The notes: generated by a model from the letters alone, not told the origin. DNA of 64,000 nt from Methanotrichaceae archaeon (GCA_963803145.1 CAWDLW010000026.1:1-64000); one strand, 5' to 3'. Shown: positions 51,764-61,908, counted from the stretch's first letter. A program made the numbers and translations.

Positions 51764-51851
51764 TATTCTACCTTTCTTTGATATTCTCTCGTCCTCTGAT
51801 TATCAGCCAGCGCAGTGAAGTTAAATACAGGGTACAGCTAGCTTTAATGCA

Positions 51852-52577
51852 ATGATAGAGGACGCAACAGTATCATGCTACGATAGCCATTCAAACGATT
51901 ATGATATATACCAGTCAACAGTGGTGCCGCATTATCAGGATATGCTTGAGATTGTTGCCGAAACCTGTAAAAGATGCATAAAGCCCAATTCGAAAATAAT
52001 CGACCTTGGCTGCGGGACCGGCAATGCATCCCTTGCCCTTTTAGGGAAACTTCCAGCCAGGATATTCTTAATCGATGGCTCCAGCCACATGCTTGATATC
52101 GCCTTAGGAAAGATCGGCCAAAAGCACGAAAATACCATCACAGGATATAGAACTGCAGATCTAAACGATGATAGCTGGGACAGTGAACTTGGGGCTGGAG
52201 AGTATGATGCCATTGTGTCTACGCTAGTGCTCGAGCACCTGCCATTTGTCGAATACAAATCAGTCTTAAGTAAGTGCTATGAGCTCCTCAAGCCAGGAGG
52301 CTGGCTCATAGCCGTCGAGGGCTATGATGAAGAGGGAAGCGATATGCTTGAGTGGTTCAACCAGGAGATGGATGCTCGTAAGCAAAAACTCGACCCTAAG
52401 TTATCTGATTTTATAGCAAGATTGAGAACTGAGAAAGAGGTGCATTACTATTCTACCAAAGCCCAGAAAGAGGCCTGGTGGAAAGAGGCAGGCTTTATTC
52501 AAGTTCATGTGCTATGGCAGTATCTCTGCATTGCACTGATGGTAGGGAGAAGACCTGATTCGATTGGGACTAAGTAG
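51852..52577 (+). CDS. Class I SAM-dependent methyltransferase (CmoA-like N-terminus)
   Basis: YD....VVPHY..M, IIDLGCGTG, YDAIVS...HL, LKPGG. Confidence 0.88.
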   Translation: MIEDATVSCYDSHSNDYDIYQSTVVPHYQDMLEIVAETCKRCIKPNSKIIDLGCGTGNASLALLGKLPARIFLIDGSSHMLDIALGKIGQKHENTITGYRTADLNDDSWDSELGAGEYDAIVSTLVLEHLPFVEYKSVLSKCYELLKPGGWLIAVEGYDEEGSDMLEWFNQEMDARKQKLDPKLSDFIARLRTEKEVHYYSTKAQKEAWWKEAGFIQVHVLWQYLCIALMVGRRPDSIGTK

Positions 52578-52876
52578 TATTATTAAGCAGTATTACAAGC
52601 CTCATATTTTGCTGTTGCAATATATGGCGGAAGCCGGTCCTAATAGCATCATGTCTCTACAAATATGTCATCCATTCTGGAGTTCGTATACAGGGTCATA
52701 ACCTGAACAATAAAATGCTATTTGAAAAAGCCATTTCCTAAAGAGCCATTTCCAAATATCCAGAAAATCACCATTATCTTCAGGTTATTACCAAATCGTT
52801 TCTTTAATCCCATCAGCCCCGACAGATAATTAAACAGGTAATGCATAAGTAATGTCATTGATTTTAGGGAGCGAAT

Positions 52877-54805
52877 ATGACACAGGACAGGGTCACAATA
52901 AGCCTGATCCAGACCTCTGTCTCAGAGGATCTCGGCTTCAATCTAAAAAAGACTTTGAAAAATGTCGAAAAGGCTATAGCAAGAGGGGCAAAGATCATCT
53001 GCCTCCAGGAGCTTTATAGAACACGCTATTTTCCCCAAAGTGAGAACGAGGATGCATCGCAACTATCAGAGACCATTCCCGGAGAATCCACAGAAGTGTT
53101 CTCAAAATTGGCCAGAGAAAATGAAGTAATAATAATAGTGCCAATATTCGAAAAAGGCGAGGACGGCAATTATTACAACACTGCGGTTGTAATCGATGCA
53201 GATGGACTCCGTCTTGATGCCTATCACAAGATCCATGTTCCTCACGATCCGCTGTTTTACGAGAAGAGCTACTTCAAACCTGGAGAGGAATATAGGGTCT
53301 ATGATACTCGCTATGCCCGGTTTGCGGTTCTTATCTGCTATGACCAATGGTTCCCCGAGGCTGCCAGGATTGTGGCCCTGAAGGGAGCCGATATTATCTT
53401 CTATCCAACTGCCATTGGATGGATTGCGGGAGTTGAGCCTGTTGAGGGCGATTGGCATGATGCCTGGGAGACCGTACAGAGAGCACATGCAATAGCCAAT
53501 GGAGTTCATGTAGCGGCAGTGAACAGAGTCGGACGTGAAGGAAACCTTGTTTTTTGGGGAAGCTCATTTGTTTGCGATTCCTTTGGAAAAGTGATAGCAA
53601 GAGCTAGTGATAAGGATGAGGAAATCCTGGTGGCAGATCTCGATCTCAGCCTGAATGAAAAGGTCCGTGAGGGGTGGGGCTTCTTGAGGAACAGATGCCC
53701 AGAAACATATGGGATTCTGACTGAGCCAGAAGCTGGAAAGATATGTACCAGGCAGACGCCATCGATCTGCATGGAGAATACTCCAGCCAGGCTTGGCTAC
53801 TTCATGCCTGCTGAATGGGAGCGGCACGATGCCGTCTGGCTGTCGTGGCCATATGACCTTGATAGCTTCCCTGAGATCAATAAGGTTGAGAAGGCTTACG
53901 TCTCAATAATAAAGGCCGTTCATGAGGGCGAGTTCGTCAACCTTCTTATCAAAGATGAGCTGATGCAGGCCAGAGTCACAGATCTCCTAAAACAGGCCGA
54001 AGTTAACCTTAGAAGGCTCAAGTTCCATCTAGTAAACTATGCGGATGTCTGGTTCAGAGACTACGGCCCAACCTTTGTGGTCAAATGCGATGAAAAGAAG
54101 CTTGCTATGATCAACTGGATCTTCAACGCCTGGGGAGAGAAATACCCTGAGCTGATAGGGGACAGCAAAATACCGTCCATCATAAACGATGACCTGAAGC
54201 TGGAATGTTTCAGACCCGGGATAGTGCTTGAAGGTGGATCAATCGAGGTGAATGGATGTGGAACCGTCATCACCACTGAGCAGTGCCTCCTGAACAGGAA
54301 CAGAAATCCTGTGATTGATAAGGAACAGATCGAAGCCTATCTGAAGGAATATCTCGGCGTATGCAATATAATCTGGCTGAAGCAAGGAATAGCGGGCGAT
54401 GATACAGACGGGCACGTAGATGATATCGCCAGATTTGTTGATCCCACAACTGTTCTCTGTGCCTATGAGGATGACAAAGACGATGATAACTACCAGGCAT
54501 TGAAAGAGAATTACGAGATACTATCCTCGGCAACCGATCAAAATGGGAATAAGCTAAAGGTGATCAAGCTCCCTATGCCCGGTTTTATCGGCGATGAGCG
54601 CCGCCTGCCTGCGAGCTATGCCAACTTCTACATAGGAAACGGCGTAGTTCTGGTACCGGTCTTCGGTCATAAGAACGATTCCAAGGCACTGAAGATAATT
54701 CAGGAGGCATTTCCCCAAAGAAAGGTAATAGGAATAAACTGCAACGAGATGGTCCAAGGTTTAGGAGCGATTCATTGTATTTCCCAGCAGCAGCCTGCTC
54801 TGTGA
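52877..54805 (+). CDS. aguB-aguA: Fused N-carbamoylputrescine amidase (CN-hydrolase) and agmatine deiminase
   Basis: N-half: CLQEL, YHK.H.P, ICYDQWFPE. C-half: MPAEW, WFRDYGP, EGGS, DDTDGHVD, GAIHCISQQ. Confidence 0.92.
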   Translation: MTQDRVTISLIQTSVSEDLGFNLKKTLKNVEKAIARGAKIICLQELYRTRYFPQSENEDASQLSETIPGESTEVFSKLARENEVIIIVPIFEKGEDGNYYNTAVVIDADGLRLDAYHKIHVPHDPLFYEKSYFKPGEEYRVYDTRYARFAVLICYDQWFPEAARIVALKGADIIFYPTAIGWIAGVEPVEGDWHDAWETVQRAHAIANGVHVAAVNRVGREGNLVFWGSSFVCDSFGKVIARASDKDEEILVADLDLSLNEKVREGWGFLRNRCPETYGILTEPEAGKICTRQTPSICMENTPARLGYFMPAEWERHDAVWLSWPYDLDSFPEINKVEKAYVSIIKAVHEGEFVNLLIKDELMQARVTDLLKQAEVNLRRLKFHLVNYADVWFRDYGPTFVVKCDEKKLAMINWIFNAWGEKYPELIGDSKIPSIINDDLKLECFRPGIVLEGGSIEVNGCGTVITTEQCLLNRNRNPVIDKEQIEAYLKEYLGVCNIIWLKQGIAGDDTDGHVDDIARFVDPTTVLCAYEDDKDDDNYQALKENYEILSSATDQNGNKLKVIKLPMPGFIGDERRLPASYANFYIGNGVVLVPVFGHKNDSKALKIIQEAFPQRKVIGINCNEMVQGLGAIHCISQQQPAL

Positions 54806-54820
54806 TCAAATGAAAGCAAT

Positions 54821-54864
54821 GCTGAATTAAGGCTGAATTAAGGCTGAGTTAAGGCTGAGTTAAG
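54821..54864. repeat. 11-bp tandem repeat GCTGARTTAAG x4
   Basis: Directly visible between convergent genes. Confidence 0.85.
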
Positions 54865-54892
54865 TTAAGAGGTCTGAATCGATCTCACGATT

Positions 54893-55330
54893 TTAGTCTC
54901 TGCGCATTTTATTCTGAATCTCCTCATAGGTCCATAGGCGGCCCCTGTTCATCCCAGGGCATCTCGAGTGCTGTCTCTTCCATGAGTGCTGGCTGGCCAG
55001 AAACCTTGACCAGAATGGATATGTGCTGCACTGACTGGGGCGCGCCGGATATATTTTGCAGTGACCCGTCTCAAGATCGAGCATGAAGCATTCGCCCTTC
55101 TTTGTTTCTCCAATAGAAAGACGTCCACAAACCTCTCTTATATAGTTCTTTCTGAAATCGGAGTATCCGAGTCCCAGATAGTTCGCCATTTGCGCTATCT
55201 CCGCCGAATTGACCCAGACTACTCCATGAATTTTGCAGCAATCCCCGCACTGCTGGCACTCGAATCTGAGGCCATCCTTGTACCAGGCAGAAGGATCGTT
55301 TAAATCTACATGTTCAGAATTGCCAGCCAT
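54893..55330 (-). CDS. YkgJ-family CxxCxxCC Fe-S/Zn cluster protein
   Basis: FECQQCGDCC, C.ML, C.IYPARP.QC..YPFW, CPG. Confidence 0.9.
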   Translation of the reverse strand: MAGNSEHVDLNDPSAWYKDGLRFECQQCGDCCKIHGVVWVNSAEIAQMANYLGLGYSDFRKNYIREVCGRLSIGETKKGECFMLDLETGHCKIYPARPSQCSTYPFWSRFLASQHSWKRQHSRCPGMNRGRLWTYEEIQNKMRRD

Positions 55331-55546
55331 GACTAAACTATATCTGCTTTTCTTACTACTTGAAAATCTCGCTGATAGTCAGATCAATCCAGTGCCAGTA
55401 GCCTTGTTATATGAATTCAGACAGCCGCCGACAAAAGTCCATATATGGATCTACGCTTTTTCAGCTTTCCTAAGCTAAAGGATGTCGTTTACCTGAAACT
55501 CTACAGCTCAACTAGCATAAATTTTTATAAGATTAGACATACATCT

Positions 55547-56134
55547 ATGAATATGTTTCACACAAGAGCCATAGTTTTATTAACAATGCTAGTGCTCCTT
55601 GTACCGGCACTAGCAGCCGCACAGAGCACCAGTCAAGCTGGAAGTACAGTGACTATAGATCTAACGGCCAAAAACATAGCATTCAATGTAAATAGCATAA
55701 CTGTGCCTGCTGGATCAAATGTCGCCATAAATTTTAATAACCAAGATAATGGAGTACCCCATAACTTTGCGGTTTATACGGATAGTTCAGCCAGCACTAC
55801 AATCTTCAAGGGCCCGATAATTACTGGCCCCAATATGACGACCTACACATTCACAGCTCCTACAACTCCTGGGACCTACTTCTTCAGGTGCGATGTCCAT
55901 CCTACGCAGATGAACGGCCAGTTCATTGTATCATCAGCCAGCACAGTCTCCACGCAGTCTAATGTTAGCGTGACTGGGCCTACCAACGTGACCAATAGTG
56001 TAACTAATATAACGATAATAAACTCAACCAACGTAACTCGAACATCATCTCCATACGCACCGGGATTCGAGGGCATCTTTGCAATAACCGGCCTGCTCGC
56101 GGCTGCGTACCTAGTCTTCGGAAGAAAACAGTAA
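55547..56134 (+). CDS. Surface cupredoxin with PGF-CTERM archaeosortase anchor
   Basis: Signal peptide; HNF...FRCDVHPTQM Cu ligands; NxT-rich linker; PGFE + TM + RK. Confidence 0.9.
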   Translation: MNMFHTRAIVLLTMLVLLVPALAAAQSTSQAGSTVTIDLTAKNIAFNVNSITVPAGSNVAINFNNQDNGVPHNFAVYTDSSASTTIFKGPIITGPNMTTYTFTAPTTPGTYFFRCDVHPTQMNGQFIVSSASTVSTQSNVSVTGPTNVTNSVTNITIINSTNVTRTSSPYAPGFEGIFAITGLLAAAYLVFGRKQ

Positions 56135-56153
56135 GCTGGAATTCTAGGTTGAA

Positions 56154-56179
56154 ATGCTAGAGAACAAGAGCTCTAGCAT
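56154..56179 (+). terminator. Hairpin followed by T-rich tract
   Basis: ATGCTAGAG-N8-CTCTAGCAT, then TTTCTATTTTT. Confidence 0.6.
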
Positions 56180-56268
56180 CAGCCTCTTTCTATTTTTGGC
56201 TTATCTTATGGGCAAACTCCAACAATAGAGACGTAAAGTTTATTCGAACCTAAATTAACTTGTAAAAT

Positions 56269-57309
56269 ATGAACCTGCGCCTCGATTACTACACTGTAGC
56301 TGCGATCATTTTCATTCTATCGATACTTGCAACTATCTACCTGACTACAGTATTCCTAACTACCCTTTTACTTAGTGTCTTCTTTGTATACCTTCTTGAG
56401 CCAGTGTATTTAAATCTCCTTCAATTTACAAAAAATAGGCAGGTTTCATCTTTTCTTACTATACTTATGGCAGCTAGTGCTATTTTATGCCTTATGTTAT
56501 TTGTGGCCGACCAGCTACTGGCAGAGGTATCCAGCCTGATCGGCACTAATGGTACAACACACCTGCAGGCGTCTAACCTTTCCGCGGCCATTACAAGTTC
56601 TATCGCGTCTGTCTTCCCCGCCTCAATAGTTTCTTTTTTGGGCGGCGTGCCTTCTAGCGTAGTCTCCTCTGTAGTCACTGTTCTACAAAGCAATATATCA
56701 GCATTCGTCAATAATACCCCGATATACATCACTCAGCTTATCTTATTGGTGTTTTTCACCTATTACTTCTTTACCGATGGAAGGGATAGTATAATTAGAT
56801 TTATCGACATAACGCCTAAAAAGGATATAACCTATCATTTCCTGAAGGAATTAAATCTCATCTATAATGTCTTTTTCAGAGTCCAGTTCGTTATCGCAAC
56901 AGTGAGCGCAATAATAGCGATGGTGGGGTTTTTCTTTATAGGCATACCCTATCCGATCACGTGGGGCATTATACTGGGCTTCTTTGCCTTACTTCCAGAG
57001 CTTGGGCCGGCTACGCTCTTCGTGCCCATGGCCATATATTTCCTTATTGCTCATGATTTTGCTAAGGCTCTGGAAGTATTCGTCTTTGGAGAGATCTTTC
57101 TCGTCCTTATATCCGAGTATATTCTTCGGCCACGACTAGTTTTAATGGGCGCTTCAGTTCACCCGGTCTATACTATTTTGGCCTTTACGGCTCCGATATT
57201 CATCATAGGGCCTTCAGGCATTATCGTCGGTCCTGTAATCTTCGGCTTTACGCTTGCCGGCTATAGGACTATCTTGTACCTCAGAAAAACGCGAGATCTA
57301 TCGGAGTAA
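56269..57309 (+). CDS. AI-2E family transporter
   Basis: YYFFTDG, LRPRL...VHP, G..G.IVGP. Confidence 0.85.
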   Translation: MNLRLDYYTVAAIIFILSILATIYLTTVFLTTLLLSVFFVYLLEPVYLNLLQFTKNRQVSSFLTILMAASAILCLMLFVADQLLAEVSSLIGTNGTTHLQASNLSAAITSSIASVFPASIVSFLGGVPSSVVSSVVTVLQSNISAFVNNTPIYITQLILLVFFTYYFFTDGRDSIIRFIDITPKKDITYHFLKELNLIYNVFFRVQFVIATVSAIIAMVGFFFIGIPYPITWGIILGFFALLPELGPATLFVPMAIYFLIAHDFAKALEVFVFGEIFLVLISEYILRPRLVLMGASVHPVYTILAFTAPIFIIGPSGIIVGPVIFGFTLAGYRTILYLRKTRDLSE

Positions 57310-57335
57310 GTTATAGCATGAGTTCTCCAAAACCT

Positions 57336-57383
57336 TCCCTCGAAGAGGGGTTAGGGGTAGCCCGCACGGCGACTGAGTGCGCT
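57336..57383 (+). repeat. GC-rich REP-like element, copy 1
   Basis: TCCCTCG..GGGGTTAGGGGTAGCCCGCACGGCGACTGAGTGCGCT; inverted match to 58479-58527. Confidence 0.8.
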
Positions 57384-57441
57384 GCGTAACCGCTAGTAGT
57401 AGTCCCAAAAGGAAGTAAAAGGACTTGAATTATAGTAGTTC

Positions 57442-58317
57442 CTATAATGTCCCTCTATAAAACGCGAGCTGCTTGGCATAAGGTCTGAAAAGCTCCACAA
57501 GATTGTTCTCACCCTCAGAAGTCAGCGGCTCAAACTCCCTTCCTGCCTTGGCAAGAGTCTGGACCTCTTGAGGGCTGGAGCAGCCAACAATCGCAGTTGT
57601 GATCCTCTGTGAGAGAGCATATCTTAAGAGCAGCTCAGGTGTAATCCCTGCCTTCTCCGAGATATAATGAGATGCGCCAAGAACTTTCATCCCAATTATT
57701 GCAATCCCTTTATCCTCAGCCGCCGCCAAAACGGAGTCCAGAAATCCGCCAACGATTGCCTCCAAAGGATTTATGGGCATGAGCACAGAATCCACAGGCC
57801 AGTTAGCAACAGCATGCTCCAGAATCTCAGGATTAAGATGGCCTGTCACTCCAATAAATCTTGTCACACCTGTATCTCTAGCCTCAATGAACGCCTCCAG
57901 TGCACCGCCAGGGCTCTCTATCCTCTCTATATCTTCCATGGTTCTGACATCATGTATCTGCCATAGATCCAGGCGGTCTACGCCCATTGTCGTTAATGTC
58001 TGAACCAGATCTCCATTTGCCCCATCTTTATCTCTGGATGCTGATTTGCTCGTCTGAAATATCCCTTGTCTCAGGGTCGAATGCTCAGACCAAAACGCTC
58101 CATAATAGCTCTCGCTGCCCGCATAAGCATGAGCTGAATCGAAGTAAGTTATGCCCTGTGCAGCTGCTTCCTCTATGACCGGCAGTGCCTCCGCTGCCCT
58201 GCCGTAGGTGCGCAGGACGCCTTCGCCGCCAAGGCCCACCTGGGTGACAGTCCGATCAGTCTTTCCGAATAGCCTCGTCCCTATTGCCATACAATTACCA
58301 GATATCGTATTTGGCAT
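57442..58317 (-). CDS. Aldo/keto reductase
   Basis: GLGG, GITYFDSA..Y, DLWQIH, RFIGVTGH, IGMKVLG. Confidence 0.92.
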   Translation of the reverse strand: MPNTISGNCMAIGTRLFGKTDRTVTQVGLGGEGVLRTYGRAAEALPVIEEAAAQGITYFDSAHAYAGSESYYGAFWSEHSTLRQGIFQTSKSASRDKDGANGDLVQTLTTMGVDRLDLWQIHDVRTMEDIERIESPGGALEAFIEARDTGVTRFIGVTGHLNPEILEHAVANWPVDSVLMPINPLEAIVGGFLDSVLAAAEDKGIAIIGMKVLGASHYISEKAGITPELLLRYALSQRITTAIVGCSSPQEVQTLAKAGREFEPLTSEGENNLVELFRPYAKQLAFYRGTL

Positions 58318-58399
58318 GCTTACTATAAAAGAGTCTTTGATATGTTGAATATTTACTTTTAGCGCACGAGGATGTATCCAGCAAATCCTATGAAATAAC

Positions 58400-58527
58400 T
58401 GCCGCTTACGGGTTCCGCCTGCGGATAGCGGCTTGAAAAAATAACCCCACCCCCAGCCCCTCCCGCGGGGAGGGGAGTAGCGCGCTCAGTCGCCGCGCAG
58501 GCTGCCCCTAACCCCGCAAGCGAGGGA
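58400..58527 (-). repeat. GC-rich REP-like composite element, copy 2 with hairpins
   Basis: Hairpins GCCGCT...AGCGGC (58401-58432) and CCCCTCCC-gcg-GGGAGGGG (58457-58475), plus a ~49-bp inverted copy of 57336-57383. Confidence 0.75.
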
Positions 58528-58564
58528 CATTTTATCACACGAATCTATATTATTCTTCTTTCAT

Positions 58565-60697
58565 TTATTCTTCTTTCATCGATAAAGATATCCTCTTTCT
58601 ATCGAGGTCCACATCCATAACCCTCACCATCACCTTCTGATGGACTTTCACAACGTCAGACGGGTTTCTAATAAATTTATTTGATATCTGACTGATATGA
58701 ACAAGACCATCCTGATGAACGCCGATATCAACAAAAGCTCCAAAAGCTGTGATGTTGGTTACAATACCAGGAAGCTTCATTCCGACCTTCAGATCCTCTA
58801 TCTTCTCCACGCCTTCTTGAAAGCTGAATGCCTCAAACTGCTCTCGTGGGTCCCGCCCTGGCATGGCCAGCTCAGAGAGTATATCCTCCAGAGTTGGCAA
58901 TCCGATCTTATCGGTGACATACTTCTTCAGATCTATCCTCTTTTGAAGTTCCTTATTTTGCACCAGCTCTTGGATTGATACTCCCAGATCTTCCGCCATG
59001 GCGCTCACTATCTCATAGCTTTCAGGATGCACCGCGCTGGAATCCAGAGGATTATCGCCTCCCCTGATCCGAAGGAAGCCTGCCGCCTGCTCAAAGACCT
59101 TCTGTCCCAGCCGAGGAACTTTTCTCAGATCTCGCCTTGACATGAACGGCCCATGCTCATTCCTATATTTCACGATCGCCGTAGCGAGCTTCGGTCCAAG
59201 GCCTGAGACATAAGCCAGAATCTCCTTGCTTGCGGTGTTCACGTCTACACCCACAAGGTTGACACAGCTTTCAACCACATCGTCCAGCTTTCGCTTCAGC
59301 GCAGATTGATCAACATCATGCTGGTACTGGCCTACACCCATGGCCATAGGTTCTATCTTCACAAGCTCAGCAAGGGGATCCATGAGCCTGCGGCCAATTG
59401 AGACTGCTCCTCGTACTGTCGCATCCTGGTCCGGGAACTCCTGCCTGGCGACCTCAGAAACGGAATATACTGATGCTCCCGCCTCGCTAACCATCAGAAC
59501 AGGGATCTGCCAGGGGAACTTCTGTTTGGTCAGAAATAACTCTGTTTCCCTGCCTGCAGTTCCATTCCCTACGGCTATCACCTCTATACCAAATCGTTTG
59601 CATATCTCAAGGACTTTCTCTGCGGCTTCATTCGATCTGTTATGCGGCTCATGTGGATAGATCGTATCGCTATGCATGAGCCTCCCTGTGGAGTCAAGGA
59701 CTGCTAGCTTGCAACCTGTCCTAAAACCCGGATCAACAGCCAGTATATTCTTCTGACCCATTGGAGCTTCGAGCAATAATTGGCGCAGGTTCTCGGCAAA
59801 CACGCCGATCGCCTGCTCGTCTGCCTTCTCTCTTGCCGCAGAGAGCATTTCAGTTTCCATCGAGGGCGCAAGGAGCCTCTTGTAGCCGTCCTTTGCGGCA
59901 AGGCGAACTTGCTCTGATGAAGGATTCGTCCTGCGAACGAAAAGGTCATCCAGAATTTCCAGTGCTTCATCTTCAGGCGGTGCCGCATGCAAGCTCAGCA
60001 GCCCTTCCTTCTCCGCACGCATCATCGCCAGCAGCCTATGGGAGGGCAACTTTGAAATCGGCTCTGACCAATCGAAATAATCTCTGTACTTGGCTGCTGC
60101 AGATTCTTTACCTGAGATTGTCTTCGATTTGAGAACGCCCTCAGTCTCGGAAAGAGTTCTCATTTGAGCCCGCGCATCTGAATCCTCGCTTATCCATTCT
60201 GCGATGATATCTCGTGCGCCGGAGAGTGCCTCATCCTCAGATTTGATACCTTTTTCTTGATTTACGAAAGATTCAGCCTCAGATATCACATCTATATCAT
60301 CTTGGGCAAAGATTAGCTTCGCCAGCGGCTCAAGCCCTTTCTCTCGCGCCGCAGTTGCCCTGGTGCGGCGTTTCGGCCTGTATGGGAGGTAGATATCCTC
60401 AAGTGCAGAGAGCGTTTCGGCTGCCGAAATTTTGCTTTCGAGCTCTGTAGTGAGCAGGTCACGTTCGGATAAAGAACGAAGAATAGCCTCCCGCCTCTTG
60501 TCTAACTCGAAAAGCTGCGTCAAACGATCGCGGATGGCAGTAATTGCTACCTCATCAAGGCTGTCCGTAGCCTCCTTTCTGTACCTGGCGATGAAAGGTA
60601 CTGTCGCGCCTTCCTCAAGAAGCTTTGAGACTGCATGCACCTGCTTCTCAGTCAGTGCCATCTCGCCTGCAATCTTCAAGATATGTGATTGATTCAT
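58565..60697 (-). CDS. tex: Tex-family transcriptional accessory protein (S1 domain)
   Basis: GATVPFIARYRKE, DPGFRTGCK, GNGTAGRET, GVGQYQHD, C-terminal S1 FGAFVDIGVHQDGLVHIS. Confidence 0.95.
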   Translation of the reverse strand: MNQSHILKIAGEMALTEKQVHAVSKLLEEGATVPFIARYRKEATDSLDEVAITAIRDRLTQLFELDKRREAILRSLSERDLLTTELESKISAAETLSALEDIYLPYRPKRRTRATAAREKGLEPLAKLIFAQDDIDVISEAESFVNQEKGIKSEDEALSGARDIIAEWISEDSDARAQMRTLSETEGVLKSKTISGKESAAAKYRDYFDWSEPISKLPSHRLLAMMRAEKEGLLSLHAAPPEDEALEILDDLFVRRTNPSSEQVRLAAKDGYKRLLAPSMETEMLSAAREKADEQAIGVFAENLRQLLLEAPMGQKNILAVDPGFRTGCKLAVLDSTGRLMHSDTIYPHEPHNRSNEAAEKVLEICKRFGIEVIAVGNGTAGRETELFLTKQKFPWQIPVLMVSEAGASVYSVSEVARQEFPDQDATVRGAVSIGRRLMDPLAELVKIEPMAMGVGQYQHDVDQSALKRKLDDVVESCVNLVGVDVNTASKEILAYVSGLGPKLATAIVKYRNEHGPFMSRRDLRKVPRLGQKVFEQAAGFLRIRGGDNPLDSSAVHPESYEIVSAMAEDLGVSIQELVQNKELQKRIDLKKYVTDKIGLPTLEDILSELAMPGRDPREQFEAFSFQEGVEKIEDLKVGMKLPGIVTNITAFGAFVDIGVHQDGLVHISQISNKFIRNPSDVVKVHQKVMVRVMDVDLDRKRISLSMKEE

Positions 60698-60956
60698 GAT
60701 TGGTTCATTATACTCTATGGGTTACATTGAGGATCAAGGGTATTTTATTTGAGTTTTTCCTTGAAGGGATGATAATGGATGATAATATATCACGATGTTG
60801 GCGATATTGATAATATGACTAGTAATGATGTACATTAATAAAAGATTGCCGATATCTGAATTGCCGCTCAATTAATTGTTATGAATTAAACTAAAAAATT
60901 ATGATTTAAAAGAGAAACAGGATTAGATCCTGCCTTGATGCGGAAATATGATGATC

Positions 60957-61151
60957 TTAAGCTTTTCCTACTTTATCTGCCTTAGGGCCCTTCTCGCCCT
61001 CAACTACCTCGAAGCTTACCTTGTCGCCCTCTGTGATAGTGACGCCGGGGTTAAGTCCAGTGGCGTGCACAAAATAATCCTTTCCGTCATCTCCAGCTAT
61101 AAAACCAAAGCGTTTGGTTCTGTTAAAGAACTTTACTGATCCGGTTACCAT
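60957..61151 (-). CDS. csp: Cold-shock domain protein
   Basis: GSVKFFN..KRFGFI (RNP1), DYFVH (RNP2), GEKGPKA. Confidence 0.93.
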   Translation of the reverse strand: MVTGSVKFFNRTKRFGFIAGDDGKDYFVHATGLNPGVTITEGDKVSFEVVEGEKGPKADKVGKA

Positions 61152-61225
61152 TACGATTCCTCGTATTAATAGGAGCATAGCAGCCGTATATTTAAACTTA
61201 CTGGGTGTAGACGAGTTGTTGCCGT

Positions 61226-61636
61226 CTATCCATTGAAGTAATCTCCCGATGGTATCTCCTTAAGGCCTTCTATGGCGCGATTGTAGATATATACCCAGGC
61301 AAGCACACTCTTCCCGCTTTCCAGAAATACGTTTGCCTTTTTGCGGCAGAACTCGCCTCTTGAGGAGCCATCGATGATACAGCCCTCAAATCTGTCAAGG
61401 ATTTCGAGTACCATACCAGGATCAGGCAGCAGATAAACATCGCCTCGAACAAAATCCGATTTGCTGCTCGAAGGGATTGCGCCCGGATAATGGCCGATAT
61501 CATACAATTTTCCCCTGAATATCCCATCTCCAATGAAGATTCCGCGCTGGTTTAAGATGCAATTGATAATTCTTCCCCGACCTCTGCGCAATATTCCATA
61601 GACGAAAAGGTAATCTACATTATGAGCTGAGAGCAT
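61226..61636 (-). CDS. Gamma-glutamylcyclotransferase (AIG2-like)
   Basis: LFVYG.LR, YPG, LDRFEG, AWVYIYN, I.SGDY; SD GAGGAGG. Confidence 0.88.
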   Translation of the reverse strand: MLSAHNVDYLFVYGILRRGRGRIINCILNQRGIFIGDGIFRGKLYDIGHYPGAIPSSSKSDFVRGDVYLLPDPGMVLEILDRFEGCIIDGSSRGEFCRKKANVFLESGKSVLAWVYIYNRAIEGLKEIPSGDYFNG

Positions 61637-61908
61637 GTTTCCTCCTCGTTCTCGGGTAGCACATAGTACACCGATTAGCCAAGCCCCAAGGCATGAAAAC
61701 ATTAGGTCGCTGGCAGGCGCTGTTCTATCCGGAATGCAGAACATTTTATCTTTTTACTAAATGATAGTATAAATATGTTTTTGGATATGCTCATTACTGG
61801 CATCCGCACTGTATTCTATTGGTAGATAGTAGTATAATGATGGTCGAAGTTATTACCCGTAAGCCAAAAATAGTTATATAGGAATACCCTTCTGTCTACT
61901 CTGGGGAA

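Noticed and set aside
51756-51788. TTCTTTGATATTCT direct repeat
   Set aside because: Simple duplication around a stop codon or T-rich terminator
57342-57350. GAAGAGGGG matching the end of the 1921-3167 IS
   Set aside because: Only 9 bp and not conserved in the second repeat copy; likely chance
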